56,842 nt of DNA, from assembly GCA_964571315.1 (NCBI GenBank), contig CAZNBR010000003.1, positions 1-56,842 on the forward strand. Direction: 5' to 3'. This stretch comes from an uncultured Syntrophaceae bacterium (GTDB lineage: Bacteria > Desulfobacterota > Syntrophia > Syntrophales > UBA2210). Within the stretch, counting starts at the first letter, position 1. The number at the start of each line of letters is the position of its first letter. The notes beneath the pieces are model-generated. The model was not told where the DNA came from, made no database searches, and was given only the letters and a program-made list of their open reading frames with translations. The position numbers were made by a program, and so were the translations under genes. Shown piece after piece: positions 46,301 through 55,091 of the stretch.

Positions 46301-49300
46301 ACCTTTGTCCTGAAAGATGGCACGCTCAGTTATGTGAATAACTCCGGCGTCATGGTTGCGCCTGAATGGGCGGCGGAACGGAAGAAGGTTCTCCAGGCGG
46401 CTTCATTTATCTCCGTCCGGGATATGGCCGGGAAGCTGATCATGACGATGCAGCAAGAGGATGCGACTACGGAAGATATCGCTGAACTCCAGCGAAAACT
46501 GAATCGCGACTATGACCGCTACCGGCAGAAGTATGGAGCGTTTAACGAAAAACCGAGCACATTTCTTGCCGACGACGTGGAGTTTCCCTTAGTCCTGGCG
46601 CTGGAAAACATTGTAAAAAAACCGGTTACCTATGTTGTCGGCAAAGGCAAAAACAAAGGAGAGACACGGACCCGCAACCAGGATATCTTCACGAAGGCGG
46701 ATATCTTCACGAAGCGGACCCTCTTTCCATTCTCCGAACCGGTAACGTCGGAGAATATCGAAGATGCGGTGAACGTCAGCCTCACCTACAAGAACCATAT
46801 CAGCCCGGATTATATCGCCGCACTCCTGGGGAAGGACACGGTTGCGGTCCAGGCCGAACTGATCGAGAAAGAACTTGCCTTTCTGAATCCGGCCAACGGC
46901 TTGCTGGAGTCTCGCAGCGAATACCTTTCGGGGAACGTCCGGGAGAAGCTTCGGATTGCCGAGGAGCAGGGAGCAAAGAAGAACGCGGCAGCGCTCCGGG
47001 CCGTACAACCCCCCGAGCTGACGATCGACGAGATTTATTTTCGTCTGGGGTCGGAATGGATACCTGAGGCGGTGATCGACGGCTTTATGGCGGAAAAGAT
47101 GGAGGGCCGGGCTACGGCGACGCTCGCCACAGTAAAGGTAGGCGAAGACGAGGTCAGCCGCTGGACGGTCAATGACGCCGGCAACTGGAACAGGAACTCA
47201 CCAAATTACACCGTGTGGGGCTCGGAAGGCCGCTCCGGGACACAACTGGTGGAGGATTGTCTCAATCTTCATCGAACGGAGATTTATGACCTTATCGATG
47301 AAAAACGGGTGAAGAACCAGGCAAAAAGTCTTAATGCTCAGCAGAAACAGAGAGAGATTCAGACGGCGTTCAAGGAGTATGTGCTGGAGCACACCAGCCA
47401 TGCGTCGGCCGTTGCCGCGGTTTACAACCGGGAGAAGAACAACTATGTCGTCCGGCAATATGACGTTCCCGGGATTGATCATTATCCGCACGCAAGCCAT
47501 CTGATCACCCTGCGCGCCCACCAGAAAGGCGCGGTCAGCCGGGGCCTTCAGGGAAGCACAGTCTTTGCCCATGCCGTGGGAACGGGGAAAACCTACATGT
47601 ACGCTACGCTTGCGATGGAACTTCGCAGGACCGGCCAGGCGCATAAACCGCTGATCGTAGTTCAGGGATCCACGGTGAACCAGTTTGCCGGCCAGGCAAA
47701 GAACCTCTATCCTGCCGCACGGATTCTCTGCCCGTCTAAGAACGACCGGGCAAAAAGCGCACGGCGGGCATTGTTGGCTCGTATCGCGACCAACGACTAC
47801 GATATGATCATCATTCCTCATTCGTTTTTCGATGATTTGAATGTCAACCCCGAACGGGAGGCGGCATTCATCGAAGAGCAGTTGGAGGAGATCAAGGCCG
47901 CGATTCTCGAACTCGGTGGAGATATCGATAAGCCGAAACGCGGAGATGCGCCGACGGTCAAGCAGCTTCACGCAATGCTCAAGCGCAAGGAAGCCAGGCT
48001 GGAAGCCCTTAAAGACTCCGCCCATGGAATTGATACGATCTATTTCGACGAAATGGGGATTGACGCCGTCCTGGTCGATGAGGCTCACCACTACAAACGG
48101 GGCGATTTCAGCACAAAGATGGGAAACGTCAAGGGGCTCGACCGGGGCGCCGCGGCCAAATCCTTCCGGTTCCTGATGAAAGCGCGCGCAGTCCAGGAGA
48201 AGACCCGCGGGAAAAACATCTACCTGGCGACCGGGACACCGGTATCGAACACGACGGCAGAACTCTGGACGCTGTTGCGATACGTACGTCCGGACCTTCT
48301 GGCAGAATTCGGCGCGGGACACTTTGACGGTTTCGCATCGATGTTCGGCGACACGACACGGACACTGGAGATGACCGAGACGGGCGAGTTCAAGGACATC
48401 GAGAGATTCAATAAATACGTAAACGGACCCGAACTGATCAAGATGTGGCAGACGGCGGCCGACGTGATCCTCCAGGAGGACGTGCCCGGCTGGACGAATA
48501 TGATCCCGAAGCTGAAAGGCGACGGCATCCAGTCCGTGGCGATTCCGCGGTCCCAGGAACTGGCCGACGAGATCGAACGGATCCGGCAGGAACGCGCGGA
48601 GTGGAACAACCTCTCGGGAATGGAGAAAAAAGAGCTGTCCCATGTTCCTCTTCTGCTTTTCAACCGGGCAAAACAGGCCGCGATAGACCTGCGTCTGGTG
48701 CACGCCGATGCGGCTGACAATCCAGACAGCAAGACAAACCGGGTAGTGCAGGAGGTGTTCAATCGCTGGGAGGAAAGCCAGGAGGTCCCGGGGACGCAAC
48801 TGGTCTTCGCCGATACATACCGCGGGCCGAACGGGTTCAGCCTCTACGACGATATCAAAAAGAAACTCGTCGGCATGGGAGTGCCTGAGACCCAGATCGC
48901 GAATATCACGGAAAACAAATACAACACCGATGCGACGAAAGAGTCCCTTTTTGAAAAGATCAATGCGGGCGCGATCCGCGTTGTGATCGGCTCTACCAGC
49001 AAACTTGGGATTGGAGTCAATGTTCAGGAGCGACTGGTCGCAATTCATCATGTGGATGCACCAATGCGGCCGATGGATTTCGAACAGCGAAACGGCAGGA
49101 TACTGCGGCCCGGAAACACAAACCAGGAAGTGGAGGTCCTCGCCTATGCTGTGATCAATACCCTCGATTCGGTGACCTACGACCGGCTCCAGAAGAAACA
49201 GAAGTTTATAAACCAGCTCCTTCGCGGGAAGCTGGAAGGACGAAGCTTCGATGATCCAGCGGACGAACTCCAGTTCACCTTTGAAGACCTGATGGCCGCC

Positions 49301-52300
49301 TCGGCCGGGAATCCTCTGGTAAAAAAACGCTTTGAACTGGAAAATCAGATCCGGGAGATTGCCATCCTGGCGGATGGTCATCGCAGGACGATCGGACAAC
49401 TGCGGTCGCAGCTCAGCCAGTCGGAGGGACAATTGGCACGGGCAAAGGCCAACATCACGAAGGCGGAAAAAGAAAAACAAGATGTTGAAAAGACCTATCC
49501 CGATAACCAGTACACATTCACTGTCGACGCGAAGAGCTACGATGACACGAAGGAGGGGAAGAAGGCGCTCCAGGCGGCGCTCGGCAAGGCCGAAGAGAGG
49601 GTTGAAAAGTCCTATGCGCAGCTCATCTCGGATCTCCAGAAGCGCGAAGCAAACCCCACCAATGAGGACCGGCTCTCGCGATCACTCAGGAAGGACAAAG
49701 ACTGGACCATTCCCGATGGGTGGACAAAACAGATCACCGATATCGAAGCGCGCATCACGGCACAGATTAACGGTAAAAATCTGACGATCACCATCAAGGC
49801 CGAGCAGACACTCCCCGCAGGCCAGGTTAAACGAACGCAACAGATCAAGGATCACCGCTTTGTCTATAGCTACCAGCTGGATCCACGGGAGGTTCAGTTT
49901 ACCAACACGTTCGGGGATGAAAAAACCAGGATAGAGACACTGGCCGCACAGGATACCCTTCATGGCGGTCTGGACGGGATTCTGACATCGCTCCGGCATA
50001 TCCTGAAGGGAATTGTAGAACGGCCCGCGGAAATTGCCTCCTCAATCGAAAAGCAGGAAAAGAATCTTGCCATCATGAAGGCGGAGGTTAAAAAGCCCTT
50101 TCAGTTTACCGATACACTGGCAGGGCTTAAAGAGCAGTACAGCCAGATTCTCGCCGAACTGGGGGCGACGAAGGCCACGCCGGTTGGTGACGAGGCGGCA
50201 GGTACGATAGAAAATCCGCTCGACGACGAGCATGAAATCCTGGGCGGCACAGAAAAAGGTTTACAAATACATGAAAGGGGCGTACAATACAGCCATGAAA
50301 ACATCATTAAAGAACAACTCTCACTCTTCGGTGATATACCAGCCGCAGGAAGAGAGAATAGGCATGACGACGGGTCCGGCACCGGCGCCATACGGCGTGG
50401 GCCTCGGCCCGAAGTCGTCTCCGTCCTCCAGGGATACTACAAAGGCGGAAGAAGAGCAGAAACCGCAGCAGATATTGCCCGCATCGGACAAATCAACCTT
50501 GTAAAATATCCTAACGAACATTTCCTTGCCGTCGTCACCGACACAAACGACAACATCATAAACATCATCGCGCATACTATCGGCACAAAAGTCGCTTCTA
50601 TGGCCGGTACAGGAGAACTTGCCGGACAGGTCCTTAACACGCCAGCGGCAAAGAATATCTGGTTGCTGCATCAGCACCCCTCCGGGAATGCTGCATTGAG
50701 CCCCGAGGACACGGCTGTGTTTAACGCCCTCGATAACGCACTTCGCGGTACATCCAGAGTTGCCAGAGATATGATTGCAGTTGCTCATGGTTTTTATTCG
50801 GCACATGTGAATGGGGAAACGGCGGCTCCCATCACACCTGGAGATCAGAAGATCGGAAAGTTGAAAAAAGTAGCCCGCGAGTTTAAGACTATAAGCAACT
50901 CCGCTGTGAAATTCCTGCGTCCTGAAGACGTAATGGCCTACTCGGCCATAACAATGCCGGATGGCGGCATAATCCTCGTAGATACAAAAAATACCCCCGT
51001 TGCGACTTACGAGGGCGCAGACTACAATAACCTGCGGGGGAAAACACAGTCTGACATCTTGAAAGAAGCGGAGAAGCGCAATGCGACGGGCATGTTCGTC
51101 GTCTCCCCGAATCGGGCAGTAAACCTCAAAAACATTATCAGGTTTTCAAAGGCACTACAGCTTGACCTTCTTGACGTAATCGACATAACGGGAAGCGAGG
51201 TAGAGCACAGGGGAGCCTTTGAATGGGGCGAGACCATTAAAAAAGAAACCACAGACTTCCTCGCCCGATCAGCTGCGTCGGTCCGGGTAGATACACCGAT
51301 CTCCGTTGAAGACGCTGGTGATGTCATAGGGGATTTTCGCGAGATGAGCAAACTTGGCAGCCTCGTCACGCTGAAACTTGCGGACTCGTTTGATGCGCTC
51401 CCGGAGGAGGTACGCACAGCCGCAGAGGATGCCGGCGGCACCAAGGATAATACTTACGCTGTCTTGCATAAGGATGGCTCCATTTATTTGATTCGTGACG
51501 CCCATGCTACCAGAGAACAACTTGAAAAGTCAATTTTTCATGAAGTGTACGGGCATCTTGGTATTTTTAAACTCTTCGGGAAGGGCAGTATTCAACAATT
51601 AGCAAAACTGTACACCAGGCTGGGCGGATACCAGGGACTGGCAAAAATAGCGGACAAGTACGGCATCCGGGCGGATTTTGACGCCTACTGGAAAGACGCG
51701 AAGACGGAGACGACGCCGGAGATGCGGAATGCGCGGATAGCCGCAGAACTACTGGCGCTTATCGGGCAGAAGTCGCCGACGCTCATCCAGCGGGCGAAAG
51801 AGGCGCTGGGGTCTATCCGGCAAGCCTTGCGTCGTCTCGGGTTCGCGAAACTGGGACAGTATGGCGATAGCGACCTGGCGTATCTGCTGGCGGAGGGAAA
51901 AAAAGCACTGCACAAAGCAGGCCCCAGCGGTGAATTTACGCTGCTGATGAAAGCCGGGGATATGGCAGAGAAGGCGATGGAAGAGACAATCGTCAAACCT
52001 GCGACCAAGGCTGCAAAACGCGGACTGGAGCTGATGGGCGCACGATCACCGGCCACGGGAGGGGCAATCAAGGCCTTCGCGAAGCATTGGAAGGAGTTCT
52101 GGCAGCCTTTTTCGACGGTGTCCGATGGAGACAAGATACTGGCGAAGCGGTACGGGGCGATGGGGAATGTCGCCCGGGCGACCCGGTTCATCGAGGAACT
52201 CCATAAAAAGGTAGACGCCTACCCGGACCAGGTTAAGAAAGATATGTTCTGGTATCTGAACGGTGATATCCCGATCGAGACCCTGCCTGAGGAGGTTCGC

Positions 52301-54640
52301 GAGACGGCGGCAATGATCCGCCGCCGCACGGAAGTGATCGGCGAGATGCTGGTGGATCGCGAGATCATCGCCGAGGGGCAGTTTGAGAAGTATCGCGGGA
52401 AGTATATCCATTACATGTATGCCAAGCACGTCATGGGCGAAGACGCGCCCATTTTCCTGACGTCGACGGGGAAACTGAACCTCTCCTACACCAAGAGCCG
52501 AAACACCAAACTGACCATGCAGCAGAAGAAGGAACTGGGACTCATCGAGGATGCATCTGTGGCCGTGCCGGTCGGGATGGGAAAGGCGCTCACCGATATC
52601 GCAAAGTATGACTACCTCCAGTCGATTGCCGAAAACGCCGACTGGGTATGGCAGCCGTCGCTTATCACCGTCCCCGTCGGGAAGCCGCTGAAGGCACCCA
52701 TACGTGGCCGGACCAGACGCAACGTGACAATGGGTATCGGGAAACTCGTCGAAGAGGCCAAGACCTACGATGCGATGCTGGCCAAACACCAGACGCCGGA
52801 GGTCGCGGAGATCCACCGCATCCTGCATGAAGCCCTGGACAAAGCGGAGGCGGAATCGGAGAATATGCCTGGTGATTTTGTGCAGCTCCCGAACTCGAAG
52901 GGATATGGCCCGTTGGCAGGCGCCTTTGTCCAGGCAGCCATTGCAGACGACCTGATGCCGGTCCTGGACATGGCGACCAATCGCGGGAGACTCATGGATA
53001 CGATCCTGGAGATCGAGCGGCAGGGGATGGCGATCTTCAAGATGGGGAAAGTGGCGTTGAATATCCCTACGGCGGTGCGTAACATCGTCTCCAACATCAT
53101 ACAGAACAACATGCGCGGGAGGCCGCTTGCGAAAATCCCCGGCGATATCATCCGGGCCTGCGAGTCGATGAAGGCCAAAGACGAACATTACGAAGAGGCC
53201 TTCGGCATGGGACTCTTCCACACCAACTGGTTTGTCTCGGAGATCAATAACGTCCTGGACGAATTCCGGAAGGTGAAGGGAGGAAGGATCGACCAGATAC
53301 TGATCGCGGTGAAGAACGTGGCAAAGTATTACGGGAAGATCGACGACATCAATAAACTGGCGATTTTTATCGAACGACGCGAGGCGGGCACATCCATCGA
53401 CGAGGCGACGCTGGAGGCGATGAAGTGGGGTATGGATTACTCACTGACCTCCCGGTCGATCAAGGGACTCCGCCAGACGATCATGCCATTCGCAACATAT
53501 CAGTACAAAATAGCCCCCCTCATCTTTGAATCGCTGAAAAAGCGGCCCTGGGTGCTGGCGAAGTTCGCGTTGATCTACCCGGCGACGAAGGCGCTCGCTA
53601 TGGGATTCAACGACCTGGACGACGACGACTGGGAAGACCTCGAGAAGCAGCTCCCGGCCTACATCAAGAAGAGCGGGTCGATGATGATCCTGCCCTGGAA
53701 GAGTGACAATGGAAAATGGCAGTGGGTTAACCTGGAATACTTCTTCCCCTGGGGAAACTATCTGGCGATCGCGCGCGACATGAGGGCTGCCGATCTGGGC
53801 GAGGGAATTCGCGACATGGGAATATCGAACCCCTTTTTGTCGATGCTCTACACGGGGCTTTCGGCACGGGAGGATCAACCCCCCCTCCATTCTTATTTCG
53901 GGACACCGATTTATAACCAGCTCGACCCTGCGTGGATGAAGGCGGCGAAGCTGTTGGAGTACATGGGCAACATCTGGATACCGTCGATGGCAACACGACA
54001 GGGGGCAATCGGGTATGCGGGCCGAGCGATTGCGGGCGGCGAAGATCGATGGGGCCGGGAGGTTTCCGCGGGCCAGGCTCTGGGAAGATGGTTCGGGATT
54101 AACATCGTCTCGGTATCACCGGAACAGACCCGTGCGCAGGCATCCGTCCGGATACAGGATCTTCGAAAGGAACAGTCGCGGATCGAGGCGAACCCGTCCT
54201 ATGACGAAGAGGAGAAGCAGGCATACGCCAAGCGGCTCAACGAGAAACTTGCCGTGATTGCCCGGGAGGCGCCTGCCGCTGTCCTGCCGATCACGAAGGC
54301 CAAGGGAAAAGACCGGGTTTATGAGGCGATGCAGGAAATGGCCGCACAAGGTATTTTGCGTACGGCGCCGCCCAGCCGGTCCGTCGAGATAGCAGGGACC
54401 CCGTTTAAAATGACGATGGAACAGTATGGTCGCTACCTGGAAAAGACAAGTGAGATCGCGCGAAAACGCCTCCTGCCCCTGGTCGACTCGGCGCAATGGG
54501 AAACGATGAGCGATAAACGCAAGTCGGATGCGGTTTCGAGAATTGTGGCAAGCGCACGGAAGGGAATCCGGCAGAGGATCAAGATCGAGATCGTCCGGGA
54601 GAACAGGGAGAAGATACGGGAAGGGAAGATTGCCAGGTGA
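40316..54640 (+). CDS. Giant DarB-like polyvalent virion protein: N6-adenine methyltransferase + SF2/SNF2 helicase + JAB/RadC-like + zincin-like motif
   Basis: VLEPAAGIG (~45503), ISNFPF (~45700), AHAVGTGKT (~47566), DEAH (~48076), ATGTP, QRNGRILR (~49085), HQHPSGNAALSPED (~50668) and HEVYGH (~51539). Confidence 0.9.
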   Translation: MPESTFDFVDVVRKRNAGIFSQETQNPAANETPAAESTFDFVEAVRKRNAGIFSQENDSGSENKPKPPKPRGMVAETVSALASGVVGTGEAVAGTAEMIGLPGAGTARDYLQNLQESEVLKRPDYLTEGTVWEHHERLGDWRWWVRSVGENLPNMAAMMLPGYGVMRAARAADWGVKAIRAASLAGSWAGSMTVEAGSAYTQAKQEMTQDGAYDADTIERIATVEGLAAGTVNSLLELLPFDNLFLKQAGADRLIKRFVRQAFLEGSTESAQEAVNVLVEKLGHKPEQELTDNIGRILESGIIGGALGGIAGGTIGTSVHKAQVKQYNDLADQLAVKDMVFALKDEGISDEDISLRLDTRINEIRTKLEETPPGADVITGGTEVKDIAQQTIIPEVNAKEMVSYLLYGDGKYTPPPGIFGKTETRAKEKDAPTPAVKTQTDPGSGALLSGPAAGKDIALEEPLAQTIDQVRSAENRKKGENLFDLSLSDLNDENQQALEEARKAKIARRDAEEQAAASEDMQARKIQIDQAMANRDTLRSQLAGDDPAKQKIFDETFSLSEKRLVTAIAASPADTQSPGLGLIITPDDRGLYQLNGQPVDLDAMRPLLIKARIDSIDAKREQDIRDRESNILREERNRKLRAVTYARKTLSFWPAQRPSDQDIAVLQEEASQGRLPEDEKKVLEIILQTPAVAKTIPQSLQILGIKSKKTPVTDEGIISEEENKDHVSPEIATEIDMQHRYLLSLMESQLQNAGTAGLVVRPDDTFQRVTAGVDWLTDVNKQGMSLSKDDALTVIKKAQTGAGMTEKQKEVYDAIVAAASERIPGRVLEEPFWAEKGFYPVRDKQIAVKDLLEGDRFVIAGEEFTVTDIDDQGNVTLKDGTIRKVKDGTIIRGVDYLNQTEEATEFSPGSSVPETAAEQEKQDQIQAPEETAKEVTATEEAKPGPKTGDVLTDDEFDALAREALAEMEKKTVDQAGPELEINITKQTSGVWKDGYQATVKAGPHEGVVGFGHTPDDARYEAERSVKDRIAKGIENLPKKTAPNRGVTTATGMKPVTAAVAKKEPAETKASESLKEKAEGAAFQKEDRVVLKSGRHGTISKVDTIVMQTMFGGSRTVDHYYMVKMDSGVELSASEKDITREVGPAPTAIPDINVDGGFKEPSHVLYTVTYSKQRARESDAAAQRARKPENIRDARSRAESARQKAVLYQEAFDAWAAKYPEEAKKYLPEKRAQSQGVAIATAQRPPAMAATVTGAQSLADLGLVVTKGATNTGKTVWNVSGNTKAHSETIKRAGGRWYGPKKVWSFYNGDPTAQLQEALGIKKDMIKPAASLGKAASEVAKGVASSYDAIAEIMKRAGKGPISMMGGGVFDEELYQAIKPHLQATYVHFRAAAIEVKEWMKETVSQFTARGFEAQAIIPYIKRFYMEVTENDLTKGAAAVTLHTKEGEAGHEEGKGISRGESPSGTLAVLAGTPGLDAGELSRTGETTLPVGETEGVSGQKSSSRLQNDLQPSRQGEEPGRGRRSGEPVHPVAAGRPGVPGQPAGAAAGETGKGNSEVGGQPARRSRQPNGDLGVNTRIEPADVLFHSGKVARINANIRAIELSKKLVTEKRAATPAEQKILLQYSGWGAVAQDVFNPEFATYIQHHDENPEHWRYRNPASYFNTAEAEKYEAWEAKYGRKLHPLLGGILTAEEWKSAEASTLNAHYTSREVIEHGLWGSGRRLGFEGGRVLEPAAGIGHILGLIPADFAGRVQLQGVELDRMSGQILSQLYPQADIQITGFEKAQGIPDNSVDLVISNFPFGNYPITDTAHPAYSGWSIHNYFFARSVDALRPGGVVIAITSRYTMDSTKNGKARELLADKADLVGAIRLPNNAFGKNAGTDVTTDIIILRKKTAEAYRDRNAWRTTAPVKTMDGTDVSINEYFAQHPEMVLGKHSMAGTMYGGKEEYTLAPDDSRPLTEQIDEAVVRLPQGIFTAENATEPAAIQRAEAGTKAGTFVLKDGTLSYVNNSGVMVAPEWAAERKKVLQAASFISVRDMAGKLIMTMQQEDATTEDIAELQRKLNRDYDRYRQKYGAFNEKPSTFLADDVEFPLVLALENIVKKPVTYVVGKGKNKGETRTRNQDIFTKADIFTKRTLFPFSEPVTSENIEDAVNVSLTYKNHISPDYIAALLGKDTVAVQAELIEKELAFLNPANGLLESRSEYLSGNVREKLRIAEEQGAKKNAAALRAVQPPELTIDEIYFRLGSEWIPEAVIDGFMAEKMEGRATATLATVKVGEDEVSRWTVNDAGNWNRNSPNYTVWGSEGRSGTQLVEDCLNLHRTEIYDLIDEKRVKNQAKSLNAQQKQREIQTAFKEYVLEHTSHASAVAAVYNREKNNYVVRQYDVPGIDHYPHASHLITLRAHQKGAVSRGLQGSTVFAHAVGTGKTYMYATLAMELRRTGQAHKPLIVVQGSTVNQFAGQAKNLYPAARILCPSKNDRAKSARRALLARIATNDYDMIIIPHSFFDDLNVNPEREAAFIEEQLEEIKAAILELGGDIDKPKRGDAPTVKQLHAMLKRKEARLEALKDSAHGIDTIYFDEMGIDAVLVDEAHHYKRGDFSTKMGNVKGLDRGAAAKSFRFLMKARAVQEKTRGKNIYLATGTPVSNTTAELWTLLRYVRPDLLAEFGAGHFDGFASMFGDTTRTLEMTETGEFKDIERFNKYVNGPELIKMWQTAADVILQEDVPGWTNMIPKLKGDGIQSVAIPRSQELADEIERIRQERAEWNNLSGMEKKELSHVPLLLFNRAKQAAIDLRLVHADAADNPDSKTNRVVQEVFNRWEESQEVPGTQLVFADTYRGPNGFSLYDDIKKKLVGMGVPETQIANITENKYNTDATKESLFEKINAGAIRVVIGSTSKLGIGVNVQERLVAIHHVDAPMRPMDFEQRNGRILRPGNTNQEVEVLAYAVINTLDSVTYDRLQKKQKFINQLLRGKLEGRSFDDPADELQFTFEDLMAASAGNPLVKKRFELENQIREIAILADGHRRTIGQLRSQLSQSEGQLARAKANITKAEKEKQDVEKTYPDNQYTFTVDAKSYDDTKEGKKALQAALGKAEERVEKSYAQLISDLQKREANPTNEDRLSRSLRKDKDWTIPDGWTKQITDIEARITAQINGKNLTITIKAEQTLPAGQVKRTQQIKDHRFVYSYQLDPREVQFTNTFGDEKTRIETLAAQDTLHGGLDGILTSLRHILKGIVERPAEIASSIEKQEKNLAIMKAEVKKPFQFTDTLAGLKEQYSQILAELGATKATPVGDEAAGTIENPLDDEHEILGGTEKGLQIHERGVQYSHENIIKEQLSLFGDIPAAGRENRHDDGSGTGAIRRGPRPEVVSVLQGYYKGGRRAETAADIARIGQINLVKYPNEHFLAVVTDTNDNIINIIAHTIGTKVASMAGTGELAGQVLNTPAAKNIWLLHQHPSGNAALSPEDTAVFNALDNALRGTSRVARDMIAVAHGFYSAHVNGETAAPITPGDQKIGKLKKVAREFKTISNSAVKFLRPEDVMAYSAITMPDGGIILVDTKNTPVATYEGADYNNLRGKTQSDILKEAEKRNATGMFVVSPNRAVNLKNIIRFSKALQLDLLDVIDITGSEVEHRGAFEWGETIKKETTDFLARSAASVRVDTPISVEDAGDVIGDFREMSKLGSLVTLKLADSFDALPEEVRTAAEDAGGTKDNTYAVLHKDGSIYLIRDAHATREQLEKSIFHEVYGHLGIFKLFGKGSIQQLAKLYTRLGGYQGLAKIADKYGIRADFDAYWKDAKTETTPEMRNARIAAELLALIGQKSPTLIQRAKEALGSIRQALRRLGFAKLGQYGDSDLAYLLAEGKKALHKAGPSGEFTLLMKAGDMAEKAMEETIVKPATKAAKRGLELMGARSPATGGAIKAFAKHWKEFWQPFSTVSDGDKILAKRYGAMGNVARATRFIEELHKKVDAYPDQVKKDMFWYLNGDIPIETLPEEVRETAAMIRRRTEVIGEMLVDREIIAEGQFEKYRGKYIHYMYAKHVMGEDAPIFLTSTGKLNLSYTKSRNTKLTMQQKKELGLIEDASVAVPVGMGKALTDIAKYDYLQSIAENADWVWQPSLITVPVGKPLKAPIRGRTRRNVTMGIGKLVEEAKTYDAMLAKHQTPEVAEIHRILHEALDKAEAESENMPGDFVQLPNSKGYGPLAGAFVQAAIADDLMPVLDMATNRGRLMDTILEIERQGMAIFKMGKVALNIPTAVRNIVSNIIQNNMRGRPLAKIPGDIIRACESMKAKDEHYEEAFGMGLFHTNWFVSEINNVLDEFRKVKGGRIDQILIAVKNVAKYYGKIDDINKLAIFIERREAGTSIDEATLEAMKWGMDYSLTSRSIKGLRQTIMPFATYQYKIAPLIFESLKKRPWVLAKFALIYPATKALAMGFNDLDDDDWEDLEKQLPAYIKKSGSMMILPWKSDNGKWQWVNLEYFFPWGNYLAIARDMRAADLGEGIRDMGISNPFLSMLYTGLSAREDQPPLHSYFGTPIYNQLDPAWMKAAKLLEYMGNIWIPSMATRQGAIGYAGRAIAGGEDRWGREVSAGQALGRWFGINIVSVSPEQTRAQASVRIQDLRKEQSRIEANPSYDEEEKQAYAKRLNEKLAVIAREAPAAVLPITKAKGKDRVYEAMQEMAAQGILRTAPPSRSVEIAGTPFKMTMEQYGRYLEKTSEIARKRLLPLVDSAQWETMSDKRKSDAVSRIVASARKGIRQRIKIEIVRENREKIREGKIAR
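44609..44654 (+). promoter_or_regulatory. Internal sigma70-type promoter and RBS for the nested gene
   Basis: TTGACA (44609), 17 bp, TACATT (44632). AAGGAAGGAG ends 9 nt before ATG 44664. Confidence 0.65.
44664..45038 (+). CDS. Nested +1-frame gene, TnpV-like helical protein
   Basis: 124 aa with YWQERLDWMLENYPERVKQLYQSGKLKAYL...AD EVA pattern, its own promoter and RBS. The host frame is a low-complexity linker here. Confidence 0.7.
   Translation: MKKEKEFLVVNPHQELWRYWQERLDWMLENYPERVKQLYQSGKLKAYLDRKAAVAYKMICNLLDKGKSREEADEVASQYILSPPDGPAFRDNPPEPLPEKLEKEIQKWADNLPVDPDNPTEIWV
50260..50288 (+). promoter_or_regulatory. Second internal sigma70-type promoter in the giant gene
   Basis: TTTACA, 17 bp, TACAAT, with an ATG at 50295, the expected +1. 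Confidence 0.5.
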
Positions 54641-54650
54641 AACTACTCAC

Positions 54651-54680
54651 TTGACATTTTAAAATGTGACCGTTTATACT
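54651..54680 (+). promoter_or_regulatory. sigma70-type promoter
   Basis: TTGACA, 18 bp, TATACT. Confidence 0.6.
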
Positions 54681-54713
54681 AGCGACCACTATAAAACTTT
54701 TTGACAGAAATTT

Positions 54714-54752
54714 AAACCGGGTCGGCATTCGGATGCTGACCCGGTTTTTTTT
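54714..54752 (+). terminator. Rho-independent terminator
   Basis: aaaccgggtcggcat-tcgg-atgctgacccggttt followed by a T-run. Confidence 0.85.
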
Positions 54753-54821
54753 ATGTCGATTCCTTCCTTACCGAAGGCATCGCCTGACTTACACCACAAA
54801 ACTTACGAAAGGAGGTGCACA

Positions 54822-55076
54822 ATGACAATCAATAATCATTCAATTTCATTCCCATTCGCCCACTGCGACATGCAGATGGTCGTAGCGTACAACGCTGCCG
54901 GCGATCCCGAATATATCGGCAGAGCCCGGCCCGGCGCGGTATCGTCTGCCGGGGAATGGCAAATCGCCAAGGTCGGCTACGATGCCAGCCGCAACGTGAC
55001 GTCGCTTACATTTGCGGCAGGAGTCAATGACTATACCAAGGTCTGGGATAACCGCGGAACATACACTTACTCGTAA
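54822..55076 (+). CDS. Small virion protein preceding the tail fibre
   Basis: AAGGAGGT RBS. YIGRARPG...WQIAK...WDNRGTYTYS. Confidence 0.7.
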   Translation: MTINNHSISFPFAHCDMQMVVAYNAAGDPEYIGRARPGAVSSAGEWQIAKVGYDASRNVTSLTFAAGVNDYTKVWDNRGTYTYS

Positions 55077-55091
55077 AGGGAGGATAGTATA

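Noticed and set aside
47198-49480. 760-aa antisense ORF (also 26961-28166, 52046-53221, 37963-38694)
   Set aside because: Shadow ORFs opposite well-supported genes, with no motifs; expected from GC-rich codon bias.
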